A stretch of 64,000 bases of DNA from IMG/VR virus record IMGVR_UViG_3300034073_001408, one strand, 5' to 3'. The notes below the pieces were generated by a model. The model was not told the DNA's origin and searched no databases. It was given only the letters and a program-made list of their open reading frames with translations. A program made the position numbers and the translations under genes. Shown in pieces: positions 17,693 through 28,189 of the stretch (position 1 is the first letter of the stretch; every line of letters starts with the position of its first letter). The stretch comes from an uncultured virus (IMG/VR IMGVR_UViG_3300034073_001408). Taxonomy: Duplodnaviria > Heunggongvirae > Uroviricota > Caudoviricetes.

Positions 17693-18184
17693 ATGAACAT
17701 ACAAATTGATATAACCGAAGTGAAAGAGTTCATAGAAAGACAGTCTCCGGAGACTCGCATCTACATTGGTGGAGACTCTGAGCGTATTCTCATTAACAAT
17801 CAATGGTACGCCGATTACACACTTGCTGTAGTCGTCCACATTGACGGTAAGCATGGCTGTAAAATCTTCGGTGAAGTTCAGCGCGAACGGGACTTCGAGA
17901 AGAACAAGAATAAGCCAAGAATGCGGCTGATGACTGAAGTCTACAAAATTTCAGAGCTATATCTGAAACTTGCTGACGTTTTAGAAGATAGAGAAGTTGA
18001 AATTCACCTGGACATCAATCCCAACGAGCGCTACGGAAGCTCCTGCGTCGTGCAAGAAGCTATCGGTTACATCAGAGGAATGTGCAATGTTGTTCCTATG
18101 ATCAAGCCACGTGCGTTTGCTGCATCATATTGTGCAGATAGACTAAAAGAAATCATTGACATGCGCAACAAGATTGCGGCATGA
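17693..18184 (+). CDS. RNase H-like YkuK (DUF458) family protein
   Basis: IYIGGDS..RLMTEV..EIHLDIN..AASYCAD motifs. Confidence 0.8.
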   Translation: MNIQIDITEVKEFIERQSPETRIYIGGDSERILINNQWYADYTLAVVVHIDGKHGCKIFGEVQRERDFEKNKNKPRMRLMTEVYKISELYLKLADVLEDREVEIHLDINPNERYGSSCVVQEAIGYIRGMCNVVPMIKPRAFAASYCADRLKEIIDMRNKIAA

Positions 18185-18189
18185 GTGTT

Positions 18190-18274
18190 GCGAGTGTGGT
18201 GGAACGGTAGACACAGCGGGCTCAAAACTCGCCGCCTAAACAGCATGAGGGTTCGAATCCCTCCACTCGCACCA
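18190..18274 (+). tRNA. tRNA-Leu(CAA)
   Basis: GCGGG-CTCAAAA-CTCGC, long V-arm, ACCA. Confidence 0.92.
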
Positions 18275-18277
18275 GAG

Positions 18278-18640
18278 TCAGTCGTGACTTTGTTCTGAAC
18301 GTCTTTTGCGTCTTCCGATAATGTCTTTGAATACAGTATGGGCTAACATAGCCATAGCGATCAGAGAGACCATAAGATTTGAGAGCGTCTCTGAGAATAA
18401 GCTGATGTTCCAATAGCTGATAGGAAATTGTGGACCTATTATATACTGAAATAATATCGCGAATGCATTTAAAAGACTTGCTAAGCCGACGTACCATAGT
18501 GGAGTAACGTGCCAATGTGGTAAATGTCTAGCATGCATTGCGACATAAAATGCGCCTATAAATGTAAGCGAATGTGCAAAAAAATTGATTGGTAATTGTA
18601 AATTATGATTATTCAAAAGTAGTATTACGTCTGTAATCAT
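18278..18640 (-). CDS. Membrane protein (3 TM, basic C-terminus)
   Basis: Hydrophobic helices; coupled to the upstream gene. Confidence 0.65.
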   Translation of the reverse strand: MITDVILLLNNHNLQLPINFFAHSLTFIGAFYVAMHARHLPHWHVTPLWYVGLASLLNAFAILFQYIIGPQFPISYWNISLFSETLSNLMVSLIAMAMLAHTVFKDIIGRRKRRSEQSHD

Positions 18641-18957
18641 GATTTTATATCTTTTACTGCTTCTACTATATCTTTATCTTTATATTTCACAAGTAAATTT
18701 GCTACCATACCTAAAACGCTATATGCTAAAAAGCCTATAACAAATCCCATCATCAATTGATTTTCCCAATTATTATCAAAATTCAGCTTTTCTATAATCG
18801 GTGACGCGAACACTGTTGCACTACCAACTGAGACGCCTCCGCGAAGAAATGCTTCACCTATGGTTGTAGGTCGTATGTATGTTAGAATAGCAGCGCCGCC
18901 AAATAAACCACCCAACATTGACGCTACCTTTGCTGTTAGAAAACCTGGCTCGGGCAT
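18637..18957 (-). CDS. Membrane protein, holin-like
   Basis: Three TM segments; AGGAG RBS; TATAAATA on the minus strand at 18989-18996. Confidence 0.65.
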   Translation of the reverse strand: MPEPGFLTAKVASMLGGLFGGAAILTYIRPTTIGEAFLRGGVSVGSATVFASPIIEKLNFDNNWENQLMMGFVIGFLAYSVLGMVANLLVKYKDKDIVEAVKDIKS

Positions 18958-19299
18958 ATATGCAAACTCCTAAACGAAAAATCTCTGTTATTTATACAGA
19001 ACGAATTCTTGATTCCGTTGCCTTTTCGACACAAGCATAAAGACACTACGCTTTACTCAAGTATTGTTCTTTGATATACTGACTGTGTTGAGTTGATGAG
19101 GTGAACGAAATGCTTCCACGCTGCTACATGATGTTCCTTGAAGAAGTCTTCGGTTCAGTGAACGCTGAAAAGATCGCTCAAGTCTGGTATCGGTTCTCTC
19201 AGATCCAACTGTCTTCTGCATCTCGCGAAGAAATTGTTTTTGAAGCAAAATGTATTGCCCGACGCATGAGTCTGGCGTAAATTCTTAAAGGAGTTCGAC

Positions 19300-19506
19300 G
19301 TGCTTACTGCAAGTTTTATGTCTGCCGATTGGCAGTTTCGCGATGAATTTAAAGTGAAATCTGAATTTGAAAAAAGTTTCATTGGATTTGTTGGCATTGA
19401 TCCTATAGATGCTCCTAGCACGATTGCGGCGGGCTATCACATTAGCTGGAAGTATTTGCCCAACGAAGATAAGTATCTAGTTCTTCCCGCATGTGTGATG
19501 AGGTAA
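19300..19506 (+). CDS. Hypothetical early protein
   Basis: AAGGAG RBS, GTG start. Confidence 0.5.
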   Translation: MLTASFMSADWQFRDEFKVKSEFEKSFIGFVGIDPIDAPSTIAAGYHISWKYLPNEDKYLVLPACVMR

Positions 19507-19574
19507 AATTTCAGATTTTGTGGTACAATACAGTTCGAATGACAGTTTTCTAAACACAAACTTCGAACATCAAC

Positions 19575-19982
19575 ATGGTAAACGCAATCAAGATTAAATG
19601 TCGCCGCTGCAACGGCAACGGCTTTCTCAAAGGAATGGTTGTTGTTTATGCTGGTGCGCCCGGCGGATGTTTCGCTTGCGCTGGATTTGGAGAAGTCTAC
19701 AAAGACAAGTTCCATCGTGCATTTGGTGTTGGCAAGAAGTTCTATGGTATTACCTGGTCACGATATCTCAATCCCGACAATCCAAACAACGGCGTTTTCA
19801 AGATGATGTCAACCAAAGTTCCAGAATTCATCGGAGAGCGTACGGATTTTCGCGGCCGTGTGACTGAAATCATCGAGTACACAGAAATTACAGAAGAACA
19901 AGCTCGAAAGTTCTGGAGTCGATATGGAATCCTCACTCAACTCGGCGGAGTTCGTGTAGCTGATTTTGTTGTTGATCGTTAA
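19575..19982 (+). CDS. Hypothetical protein with two CxxCxGxG motifs
   Basis: CRRCNGNG and CFACAGFG. Confidence 0.6.
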   Translation: MVNAIKIKCRRCNGNGFLKGMVVVYAGAPGGCFACAGFGEVYKDKFHRAFGVGKKFYGITWSRYLNPDNPNNGVFKMMSTKVPEFIGERTDFRGRVTEIIEYTEITEEQARKFWSRYGILTQLGGVRVADFVVDR

Positions 19983-20058
19983 CTTCGATAAAACACTACG
20001 CTTTACTCAAGTATTGTTCTTTGATATACTGATTGTGTTGAGTTGATGAGGTGACAAG

Positions 20059-20286
20059 ATGATTGAAACAGTTCTCTTCGGCAAGCGCGCCCTTGTTCCT
20101 AGTGCCGAGTTTCTCAAGTTGATGAAGACTAAAGAAGCTCTCGTGGAAGAAGCGACAGCAGTTCAAAAAGCGGCTAAGCAAATGTGCGCCGCTGAGCATC
20201 TGGAAGCGACATGCAAAGTGTTCGCAAAGATCCAGCGAATCAATCGCAAGATTGCAAAGTCTGGGCAGTTCGTCACGTATCTGTAA
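20059..20286 (+). CDS. Hypothetical early protein
   Basis: Directly behind a cassette A RBS. Confidence 0.6.
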   Translation: MIETVLFGKRALVPSAEFLKLMKTKEALVEEATAVQKAAKQMCAAEHLEATCKVFAKIQRINRKIAKSGQFVTYL

Positions 20287-20503
20287 GGAGATCACATCAT
20301 GATGACCAAAGTAACGATTTTGCCGTATCGCGGTCCTCGCAAGTCTGAGAGGACTTGGCCCATGATACGCGGATCAGTATCTAGCGTAGGAGCTAAAGCT
20401 GTTGCTTTATCGCAACACGGAATAACAAAAAAGAAGCACGGATGAGTTGACAAGTCTTTCAGCCGTGTTATACTGACTATGTTGAATTGATGAGGTGACT
20501 GAA

Positions 20504-20743
20504 ATGATTAAGCGTTTTCCTGCTTCTAAGCGTTTTCGTGTGATCGTCGGCGCTGTCTGCGTCTATGCGACGGCTAAGCAAATTCGGTTCGGTCTCGGTG
20601 ACTTCACCGCATGTAATGCTGCTGTCCAGAAAGCCCTAGACGCACTTGAATATACTCGATCTGGAACGGGTCTTGCTGACCAGTGCGCATGCGGTATCGC
20701 CGGTGTCTGGGAAAGCATGAATGTTCAACTGGATATCGCATAA
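20504..20743 (+). CDS. Hypothetical early protein
   Basis: Behind a cassette A RBS. Confidence 0.6.
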   Translation: MIKRFPASKRFRVIVGAVCVYATAKQIRFGLGDFTACNAAVQKALDALEYTRSGTGLADQCACGIAGVWESMNVQLDIA

Positions 20744-20760
20744 TCTCTAAGGAGTTCATC

Positions 20761-20931
20761 ATGATCCGTCTTCTTGTTGGTCTTCTCATTATGTTCGGTG
20801 TTGCTGGAGGCATTGACACGATGCCCGCAGATCCGTCCTGGTCCTTCATCTTCTACATGACATCAACATTCTTCGCTGGTTTCGTTCTTGCGATCACTGG
20901 CGCATCAAAAGTAGCAAAGCAATATGAATGA
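20761..20931 (+). CDS. Small membrane protein
   Basis: AAGGAG RBS; two TM segments. Confidence 0.55.
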   Translation: MIRLLVGLLIMFGVAGGIDTMPADPSWSFIFYMTSTFFAGFVLAITGASKVAKQYE

Positions 20932-21130
20932 ATTCGTAGCAAAGCCTTCCATCTTCAACATGAACGGTTCACAATCTTTCTCCACAATCGCAGAAGCAAA
21001 AAAGTTTCTTGACGAGATGACTGGATATCAAATGAGATCGGCCGACTGGTCAATGATCGGCAAACTTCTGTTGCGAAAAAGCGACGGTAGTCTTGTTCCT
21101 GCACTTGACATTCCCAATGATTTGGACTAA
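20924..21130 (+). CDS. Hypothetical protein
   Basis: Overlapping start, operon context. Confidence 0.5.
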   Translation: MNEFVAKPSIFNMNGSQSFSTIAEAKKFLDEMTGYQMRSADWSMIGKLLLRKSDGSLVPALDIPNDLD

Positions 21131-21168
21131 ACTGTAGTTCTCTTAGATAAATACTGAAAGGAAAAATC

Positions 21169-21606
21169 ATGAGCAAGCTCTCCCATCAAGGTAAAGTCTA
21201 CACGATGCTGAAGGAATCACTTGGTTCTCCAGTCTCCGTTGAGAATCTTCTCGCAATTGAAGGCGTTCTAGCCTACAAGTTGTCTGCATACGTTCTGTAC
21301 GCAAAGATTGATTTCGGCGCAGTCATCGTTCCGATTCGCGATGGTCGCAAAGTTGTAGCCTATCAGATGAACGACGCTGGCATCGGGATTCCTGCTACAC
21401 AAAAGCGCGGTCGTAAAGCAAAAGCTGCCGGTGCTGCTAAGCCAGTGGCACCGATCGTAGTCAAGAGCGAAGTTGCTGACGTTGATCAAGATCCCATTGA
21501 AAATCTTAGCGCCAGCAAAGTTGCGGACATCATCTTCGATTCTGTCTATGAAGAATCTCCTTTCGAGGACCAGATGTTCGCTGAAGAATTTGTTCGCAGT
21601 CTGTAA
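21169..21606 (+). CDS. Hypothetical protein
   Basis: AAGGA RBS; basic linker and acidic tail. Confidence 0.65.
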   Translation: MSKLSHQGKVYTMLKESLGSPVSVENLLAIEGVLAYKLSAYVLYAKIDFGAVIVPIRDGRKVVAYQMNDAGIGIPATQKRGRKAKAAGAAKPVAPIVVKSEVADVDQDPIENLSASKVADIIFDSVYEESPFEDQMFAEEFVRSL

Positions 21607-21616
21607 AAGGTAAATC

Positions 21617-22111
21617 ATGGAGTACGCAATTAAGACGGTTTACTTAGACATGGATGGCGTTCTCGCTAACTTTGAGAAGCGCTGGCTAGAGTTGTTCGGA
21701 TCTTCGCCGACTGAAGCTCGTGCTACGAAGCGATTCGACCAGCGCTGGTACGATTTCATTGAAAGTGTGCAGTTCTCTACGCTAGAGCTTTTTCCTGGCG
21801 CAAATGAACTTGTGGCATATCTTCGTCAGAATCCAAACATCACTGTTGAAATTCTGTCGTCTAGTGGCGGTGAAAAGACTCACTCTCAAGTTGTACCGCA
21901 GAAGATTGCATGGCTCAAGGCGCATGGCTTTGACTTCAAGCCGAACATTGTTCCAGGAAAGAGCAAGAAGAAGTTTTACGCAAATCCAAACACCATCCTT
22001 ATTGACGACACTGAATCCGTGATCTTAGATTTCGTTGAAAACAACGGAAACGCAATTCTTCACACGGATGCACAATTGACGATTCAAGCACTAAAATCGT
22101 ATGGTATCTAG
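21617..22111 (+). CDS. HAD-family 5'(3')-deoxyribonucleotidase-like protein
   Basis: YLDMDGVLANF, ILSS, KxxWL and LIDD motifs. Confidence 0.85.
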   Translation: MEYAIKTVYLDMDGVLANFEKRWLELFGSSPTEARATKRFDQRWYDFIESVQFSTLELFPGANELVAYLRQNPNITVEILSSSGGEKTHSQVVPQKIAWLKAHGFDFKPNIVPGKSKKKFYANPNTILIDDTESVILDFVENNGNAILHTDAQLTIQALKSYGI

Positions 22112-22117
22112 CGTGGC

Positions 22118-22363
22118 ATGACCGATAGGAGACTACTACAAGAATGTTTAGATGAATTTCTGAAACTCAGATCATGGGTTTCGGCTGATTACTATCGTCA
22201 AAACATTTCTTCAGTAGTCGCAAAGCTAAGAGAACGTCTCGCAGCGATAGATGCAGAACAATTCAGAAGAACGAGAGATGATTTTTCTGACACAGTTCCT
22301 CTAGGTCTAGAAGACACAACATCAAGGTTCGGAATATTTCAAGGCATCGACGATGACACATGA
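22118..22363 (+). CDS. Hypothetical protein
   Basis: Operon context. Confidence 0.5.
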   Translation: MTDRRLLQECLDEFLKLRSWVSADYYRQNISSVVAKLRERLAAIDAEQFRRTRDDFSDTVPLGLEDTTSRFGIFQGIDDDT

Positions 22364-22547
22364 AGACAGACAAAACTTGGAGTTTATTCTAAACGCAAGC
22401 CCAGAAACACTGCAAGCGTGGCGTGAATCGCTATCTTTAGATGAATTGCAATATGCATACACGTTAATTGCAATCGCGATTCTCGAAGAATTTGACAAGA
22501 TAGAAGACACGGAGCTGGCAAAATCCTATCTGAGCGTCTACACGTAA
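22353..22547 (+). CDS. Hypothetical protein
   Basis: Overlapping start. Confidence 0.5.
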   Translation: MTHEDRQNLEFILNASPETLQAWRESLSLDELQYAYTLIAIAILEEFDKIEDTELAKSYLSVYT

Positions 22548-22617
22548 AAGACACTATGCTTTACTCAACTATTGATTCTTGCTATACTGGCTATGTTGAG
22601 TTGATGAGGTGACTGAA

Positions 22618-22938
22618 ATGACGAATCCGGTGTTCAAGTTTGTGGGTCGTGTGCGAGGCAACCTTCAGGCTTCCTTTGTGTTCCAGAACAAGCGTGAACT
22701 GAACCAGTTCCTCAAGACTGAAATGCCCGAGTTGGAAGCAGAATACGGCAAGTTGACCTTCGAAGTAGAGAAGTTGCCCGGACTTAAGATGGGCGATTAT
22801 TGCCTTTGCTTGGGAGAAGGCATGGATGTATTGCAAGTGCAGACTCTCCGTCAAAACGGAGCCTACAGTTGGAGTTTTGGTTTGAGTCACGGTTGTTGGG
22901 AAGAAGTGGCTAAGTGCTGGAAGAAGGTAAAAGCCTAA
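22618..22938 (+). CDS. Hypothetical early protein
   Basis: Behind cassette A. Confidence 0.6.
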   Translation: MTNPVFKFVGRVRGNLQASFVFQNKRELNQFLKTEMPELEAEYGKLTFEVEKLPGLKMGDYCLCLGEGMDVLQVQTLRQNGAYSWSFGLSHGCWEEVAKCWKKVKA

Positions 22939-22968
22939 CAGTTATGTTGAGTTGATGAGGTGACTGAA

Positions 22969-23211
22969 ATGAACGGCAAAATCAAGTTTCACAAAGCAAC
23001 GGGTCCAGCTTTCAATGTTGGCGAAGTTTGGGTTAGTGTCACCGGTGTTCAAGTCGTGATCGTTGAAGTTGCCAAGTATCCTGGCGCAACCGAAGATCAC
23101 ACCGATGATTACAGCGTGACGTATCGTAACACTGTTGATGGCAGCATCCACGAAAAGGACGCTTGGAACTTTCAAGTTCGCTACAATCATCTGGCTGATA
23201 CCTTCGTGTGA
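22969..23211 (+). CDS. Hypothetical early protein (SH3-like strand pattern)
   Basis: Behind the partial cassette A. Confidence 0.55.
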   Translation: MNGKIKFHKATGPAFNVGEVWVSVTGVQVVIVEVAKYPGATEDHTDDYSVTYRNTVDGSIHEKDAWNFQVRYNHLADTFV

Positions 23212-23524
23212 ATAATAACACTACGGTTGACTCTGGTATTGATCCGTGTTATGATGTCTTCACTGAGTTGATAAAGAGGTGAAAAAAATGATGCGTAGAT
23301 TGATTCGCGGTAAGTTCGACAGTCGTTGGAAGAAGGCATTCAATGTGAACACCCTCAAGCCAACTGGTCGCCTTGAACTCGGCTACTTCATGTCAGGCAT
23401 GGCGTATGCTCGTTATACACGAGGCGGCGTGAAGATGATCGAGTCTGTTCGCAGGAAGCCCTGGGTCACTTGGAGAGCCAGGGGTTGATATAATCATCCT
23501 CAAGTCAAGTAAAGGAACACTGAA

Positions 23525-23875
23525 ATGAACACGAAACTCATGAACGCTATTGATTCCGACTTCGCATTTGCTGTTGAGGACTATCTCCAGCACATCATGG
23601 GCGACTATTGCGGCTGGAACAAGAACGATACCGCTGTAGGCGCCCAAATGCGCGAAGAGTTTATTCTCGGTGTCCGAGTTGATATCGGCAACAAGTACGC
23701 AAAGGTTGTCACCCGAGGCTCTGTTCATTCGTTCATCGTTCTGCGCGACGGTGGCAAGTTCCGCAAGGGTGACATTCTGAAAGCTAACACCTGGACTGCT
23801 CCTGCGACGAATTTTGTTCGCGGCAATGTGCTGACCAAGAACTACAAAAACGCTACCTGGACCGGGATTCTCTAA
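23525..23875 (+). CDS. Conserved phage early protein
   Basis: GNKYAKV..SVHSFI..GDILKA.W.APA..RGNV pattern. Confidence 0.7.
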   Translation: MNTKLMNAIDSDFAFAVEDYLQHIMGDYCGWNKNDTAVGAQMREEFILGVRVDIGNKYAKVVTRGSVHSFIVLRDGGKFRKGDILKANTWTAPATNFVRGNVLTKNYKNATWTGIL

Positions 23876-24180
23876 ATGGAAACGACGGCTGCTCTTCTTC
23901 TCTTTGGTCTTCCAGTTTGGATTGCAGCCTTTGTGTTTATCTGCAATCTCCTTTTCAATCGTAGAAAGTAAAAATGAAAATCACATTAAAAACACCTCGG
24001 CCGCGAGACTACGTGGGTCGAGACTTGCGGTCACCGAAATATCGCATGCGAGTCGTTGACGACAAACGTCGCAAAGAATCGAAATATCCTAAGCAGGAGC
24101 TGATGTCTGAAATGTCACTATAGTTTACTCAACTATTGTTTTTTGATATACTGACTATGTTGAGTTGATGAGGTAACGAA

Positions 24181-24495
24181 ATGTCCAAGCTGCTGATCAC
24201 CACCCAAGTCTACGAAAACTACGCCGTGTATGCCGATGGTACTTTCGGTACCGGCGCTAACGCATACTGGAAGCCAAAAGGCGGCAACGATTATGTCGTG
24301 AAGAACGTTGATGAAACTCGCATCGACGATATCATAGTCGCGGTATCAGAAAAGATTCAGTGCGACAATGATGCGTATCGCGAAACTGTGATGTACGCCG
24401 AGGTCGTTGAAGATGACTTTCTGACCGACTTTGAGCTTAGTCAGCTTGAGTATGACGGTCGTATCGCTTATCCTGCCACAGAAGTTGAGGTGTGA
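24181..24495 (+). CDS. Conserved phage early protein
   Basis: TQVYENY..YWKPKGG; behind cassette A. Confidence 0.7.
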   Translation: MSKLLITTQVYENYAVYADGTFGTGANAYWKPKGGNDYVVKNVDETRIDDIIVAVSEKIQCDNDAYRETVMYAEVVEDDFLTDFELSQLEYDGRIAYPATEVEV

Positions 24496-25020
24496 TATGA
24501 AGTTTCGTGTCTGGTGTCAAGAAAAATGGTATGATCATTGCTGTGAATTCGAGGCTTGGTTTCGCAGAAAACCAGAATACAGTTCTAAAGAATACTTTGC
24601 CAAATACAAATATTGGTTGAAGCGTCAATATCGATATGAGGTTCAAAATGCTGTATAACTTCACTCAAGAACAATTGCACAAGATTCAAGACGTTATGGA
24701 ATTTAGCGGAGAGTTCGGTCCTCGTGCTGCTTTCCGATACTTTCACAAACTGAAAGAAGACACTACGATTCCGACCGACGATGTTGAAGACTTCGCAATC
24801 GCATTCATGAGCCAATACAACCGACAAATTCGTAACGTCTACTGAAAGGACATACAATGAACGAAGAAATCAAGCTATTTCTACAAGAATACAACAAAAT
24901 TCAGCTAGACTGTGATGCGCGAGTGCAGAACGGCACGGCAAGCGTGACAGACAATCTGATTTGGCTTCAGACGATCTCAGAATTTTGGGTTGACGACACA
25001 ATGACGCGAAAGGATGCGCA

Positions 25021-25425
25021 GTGACTTTACCTGCTGGAACTTATTGGATCGGCGATCTCTGCTATGTCATGGACGCAGAATGGGACGAAGTGTGTGATCT
25101 GACAATCTCAGATGACAATCCTTGCGAATGCGTTGAAGGAGAGTTCACTCTAAACGATGGGCGACGTTTCGCGATTTACAACACCATGTACGGTGACGGT
25201 ATGTATCCTGATCAATACGGATTCAAATACGGAGTCGATTCTGGTTCGATCGGATGCATTCGCGCAGAAGACATCCGTGGAGAAGTCTCAGAAGAAGGAT
25301 CAATTGTTGTTTTTTCAGACCAATTTGAGACTGGCGAAAAAGACGGTGTGATCCGAATTGGTCACATCGAGATCGACACTGATCCACAGGAAGAGCAAGA
25401 AGACTTTGACGAGGAATACGAATAA
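25021..25425 (+). CDS. Acidic hypothetical protein
   Basis: YWIGDLCYV..TMYGDG.Y..VDSGSIG pattern. Confidence 0.7.
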   Translation: MTLPAGTYWIGDLCYVMDAEWDEVCDLTISDDNPCECVEGEFTLNDGRRFAIYNTMYGDGMYPDQYGFKYGVDSGSIGCIRAEDIRGEVSEEGSIVVFSDQFETGEKDGVIRIGHIEIDTDPQEEQEDFDEEYE

Positions 25426-25492
25426 CACTACGCTTTACTCAACTACTAGTCCGTGCTATACTATCTATGTTGAGTTGATGAGGTGAGAAAAA

Positions 25493-25705
25493 ATGAGCAA
25501 GAAGTTTGAGTTCGGTCCAGAAGAAGCTAGCTTTCTTCTGCGCCACATTTCGATGCGAAGCGAAAAGTTCTCGGGTGAGCGTCTTTCGCCCTTCGCTGTC
25601 GGTTATTTGTCGTCGCTTCTGAAGAAGTTAGCAGACATTTCGCCAGCAGTGCGCCGTGAACTAGCTAGTGACATTGAATACATCAAGAGTGTTGAGGCCG
25701 CATAA
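25493..25705 (+). CDS. Hypothetical early protein
   Basis: Behind cassette A. Confidence 0.55.
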   Translation: MSKKFEFGPEEASFLLRHISMRSEKFSGERLSPFAVGYLSSLLKKLADISPAVRRELASDIEYIKSVEAA

Positions 25706-25941
25706 TGGCTAAAATGAAAGAAATCATGATAGACATCGAGTCTATGCATGTGTCCGGCTACTCTGCTGAGCAAATTGCAAAAGAAGTGGACATGAGCATT
25801 GAATCGGTGAAAGCTGCAATTCGAGACTTTGAAAACGAGATCATTGGTGTTGCTTTCTCGCAATACTCAGAATAACACTACGCTTGACTCTGGTATTGTT
25901 CTTTGATATACTGTGTATGTTGAGTTGATGAGGTGACTGAA

Positions 25942-26166
25942 ATGTCTTTCGAAAAAGTTGTTCTGAGTGTTGTGAAATGTGTGACTAGTGTTCCTGCGTA
26001 TTTCTACGAAGGCACAATGTTTCTTGAATCTCAAGACTCAAAGATTGCGACACAAGTTTTCAATGCTCTGTGTGAAGAAATTACGCCAGCGATTGTTTAC
26101 AGCAAAGTCGGCGCGATAGAAACTTCATACGATTTTGTTTACGAAGCCCCATACTTCAAGGAGTAA
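25942..26166 (+). CDS. Hypothetical early protein
   Basis: Behind cassette A. Confidence 0.55.
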   Translation: MSFEKVVLSVVKCVTSVPAYFYEGTMFLESQDSKIATQVFNALCEEITPAIVYSKVGAIETSYDFVYEAPYFKE

Positions 26167-26170
26167 AACC

Positions 26171-26581
26171 ATGGCTTACGTTTCTCAATCCCTCAAGACC
26201 GAACTTGCTCCCGCCATCAAGGCTGTCTGCAAAAAGTACGGCGTCAAAGCATCTCTCGCGGTTCGTAACCACTCCACTCTGTGCCTGAACATCAAGTCTG
26301 GCAAGATTGACTTCATCGGCAATGTCAACGAGGTTTGCGGTCGAGATCACTACCAAGTCTCGCGTGGATTTACTCCGATCAAGGACTACACTGATGTAAA
26401 TCCGTATCACTACAAGAGCCACTTCGACGGTGTTGCTCTGAAGTTTCTGTCTGAAGTGATTCCTCTGATGAACAAGGGCAATCACGACAACAGCGACCTA
26501 CAAACCGACTATTTTGATGTGGGCTGGTATACTGACATCAACATCGGCAAGTGGGACAAGCCCTACGTTGTTGAAAAGTGA
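26171..26581 (+). CDS. Conserved phage early protein
   Basis: AAGGAG RBS; DNSDLQTDYFDVGWY motif. Confidence 0.7.
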   Translation: MAYVSQSLKTELAPAIKAVCKKYGVKASLAVRNHSTLCLNIKSGKIDFIGNVNEVCGRDHYQVSRGFTPIKDYTDVNPYHYKSHFDGVALKFLSEVIPLMNKGNHDNSDLQTDYFDVGWYTDINIGKWDKPYVVEK

Positions 26582-26886
26582 GTAAAAAGCACTCTGTCAC
26601 CGCGCTGATCTATGACCGGCGCGGTCGTGTCATTTCTGTCGGTCAAAACTCTTACATCAAGACACATCCGCTTCAAGCGAAGCATGCCAAAAAAGTTGGA
26701 GAAGACGAAAAGATTTATCTACATGCAGAAATTTCAGCGATAAGTAAGTGTAAAGACTTGACAAAAGCGCATAGGATCTTTATAATTCGTTATGATGCGA
26801 ACGGCAATCCTACGCTAGCAAAGCCATGCGAAGTTTGTCAGAGTGCTATTTCAGAAACCCCTATCAAAATTGTTGAGCACACATAA
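26578..26886 (+). CDS. Zn-dependent cytidine/dCMP deaminase-fold protein
   Basis: HAE and PCxxC (KPCEVC) motifs. Confidence 0.8.
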   Translation: MSKKHSVTALIYDRRGRVISVGQNSYIKTHPLQAKHAKKVGEDEKIYLHAEISAISKCKDLTKAHRIFIIRYDANGNPTLAKPCEVCQSAISETPIKIVEHT

Positions 26887-27076
26887 TGAAAGAATACATT
26901 GATACCCTACTCCAGTCCTGTTTTGGCAACAAGGCTCTAGTTGACAACTGGTGGAATTCAGAAAACTATGTGTTCAATTTCAAAACACCGCTAGACGCTT
27001 GGTATGAAAATGAAGATGTTGTGATTGATTACGTCATGGGCATGCTTTGCGGACACTACGGGAACGGAGAATAACC

Positions 27077-27418
27077 ATGAATCTAACAACTTTCAAAGCA
27101 GTCATTGATGATTTTTACACAACGACAAATGAAGCTCCATACAACGGATCTGACGATTGGCGCGTAGCCGTTCGCGTAGTCACAGAGGCAAACGAAGTTG
27201 AGTCGCGAGACATCATTGGAATTGAGTTTGGTAAAGACTGGAACAGCGGCAAGATCATCCTATATCTGAACGACGACATTTACGCAACGAAGCAAATTGA
27301 AGAAGCTCCAGCGCAAGATCCAGTCGGTGTGTCTGATTCTAATGACAAAGATCGAATTGCCGAACTTGAAATTCAAGTGAAAGAACTTCAAGACGTCATC
27401 AACCAGCTAAAAGGATAA
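27077..27418 (+). CDS. Hypothetical protein
   Basis: GGAG RBS; C-terminal coiled coil. Confidence 0.55.
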   Translation: MNLTTFKAVIDDFYTTTNEAPYNGSDDWRVAVRVVTEANEVESRDIIGIEFGKDWNSGKIILYLNDDIYATKQIEEAPAQDPVGVSDSNDKDRIAELEIQVKELQDVINQLKG

Positions 27419-27453
27419 TCATGCGCGAAGACCTAGACAAAAAACTGTGTGAG

Positions 27454-28128
27454 CTAGATCAATCCTTTTTTCAATATTGACCTAAAATGAACAGCATATC
27501 CTCCAGGATCCATCATTTTATTGCAATGAACACACAGAATCGATTTCTTCTCTCTCATTTCAGCGATACTTTGAATATGCTTATTTCTAATCTCTTCATC
27601 AAACATAGGATTCTGAACTTTCATTCTTTCAGAACTCGCCCGTGATCTATCGTATTCACATTCAAACTTTTTATGTTCTCTCAATTTACTTATTCCGTCG
27701 CGCCAATTAGGATTTTTATCGCCCCTCTTGTCTGGCTGATTATGTTTCATTTTTTGTTTAGTTTCTTCTGAGTGTTTTTTTCCATAAAATGGATTATTTG
27801 ATCCAGAATTTCTCTCTGAGTTTGCTAATCTATGTTCTTCTGTGCATATCCAACTTCCACCATCACCGTGTTCTGGTTTTAGATTAGCCCAATTTTTTGA
27901 ATTTACAACATCCCACAGTTCACTATAAAATTTTCCCCAATATGCAATTTCATCATTCGTATCACACTCTTTCAAAATTTCAGTCGTTACATCATAGCCA
28001 TGATGCTTGATATGATTATTCCAATATGTGCCAGAACCTTTATACAGATGCGGATTTTTTGAAGATGTTTTGCCCAAATACTTTAGTCCAGTTATGTTAT
28101 GTGTCTTTACGTATAGATATATAGACAT
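27454..28128 (-). mobile_element. GIY-YIG (Seg-like) homing endonuclease with NUMOD3-like repeats
   Basis: IYLY..GLKYLGKT..YKGSG; NPFYGKKHSEETKQKM; AT-rich and antisense to its neighbours. Confidence 0.88.
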
Positions 28129-28189
28129 GCTGATTGCTCCTTGTAAGCGTTAGAGTAGTTGGGAATCCCCATTCCGCGAACTACACTTC

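Larger units (their letters stand above)
19043..25944 (+). repeat. Early-promoter cassette family A (9 copies)
   Basis: ACACTA..TTTACT/TTGACT..TATACT..GTTGAGTTGATGAGGTGA near 19043, 19993, 20447, 22551, 22944 (partial), 23218, 24116, 25425 and 25875. Confidence 0.85.
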
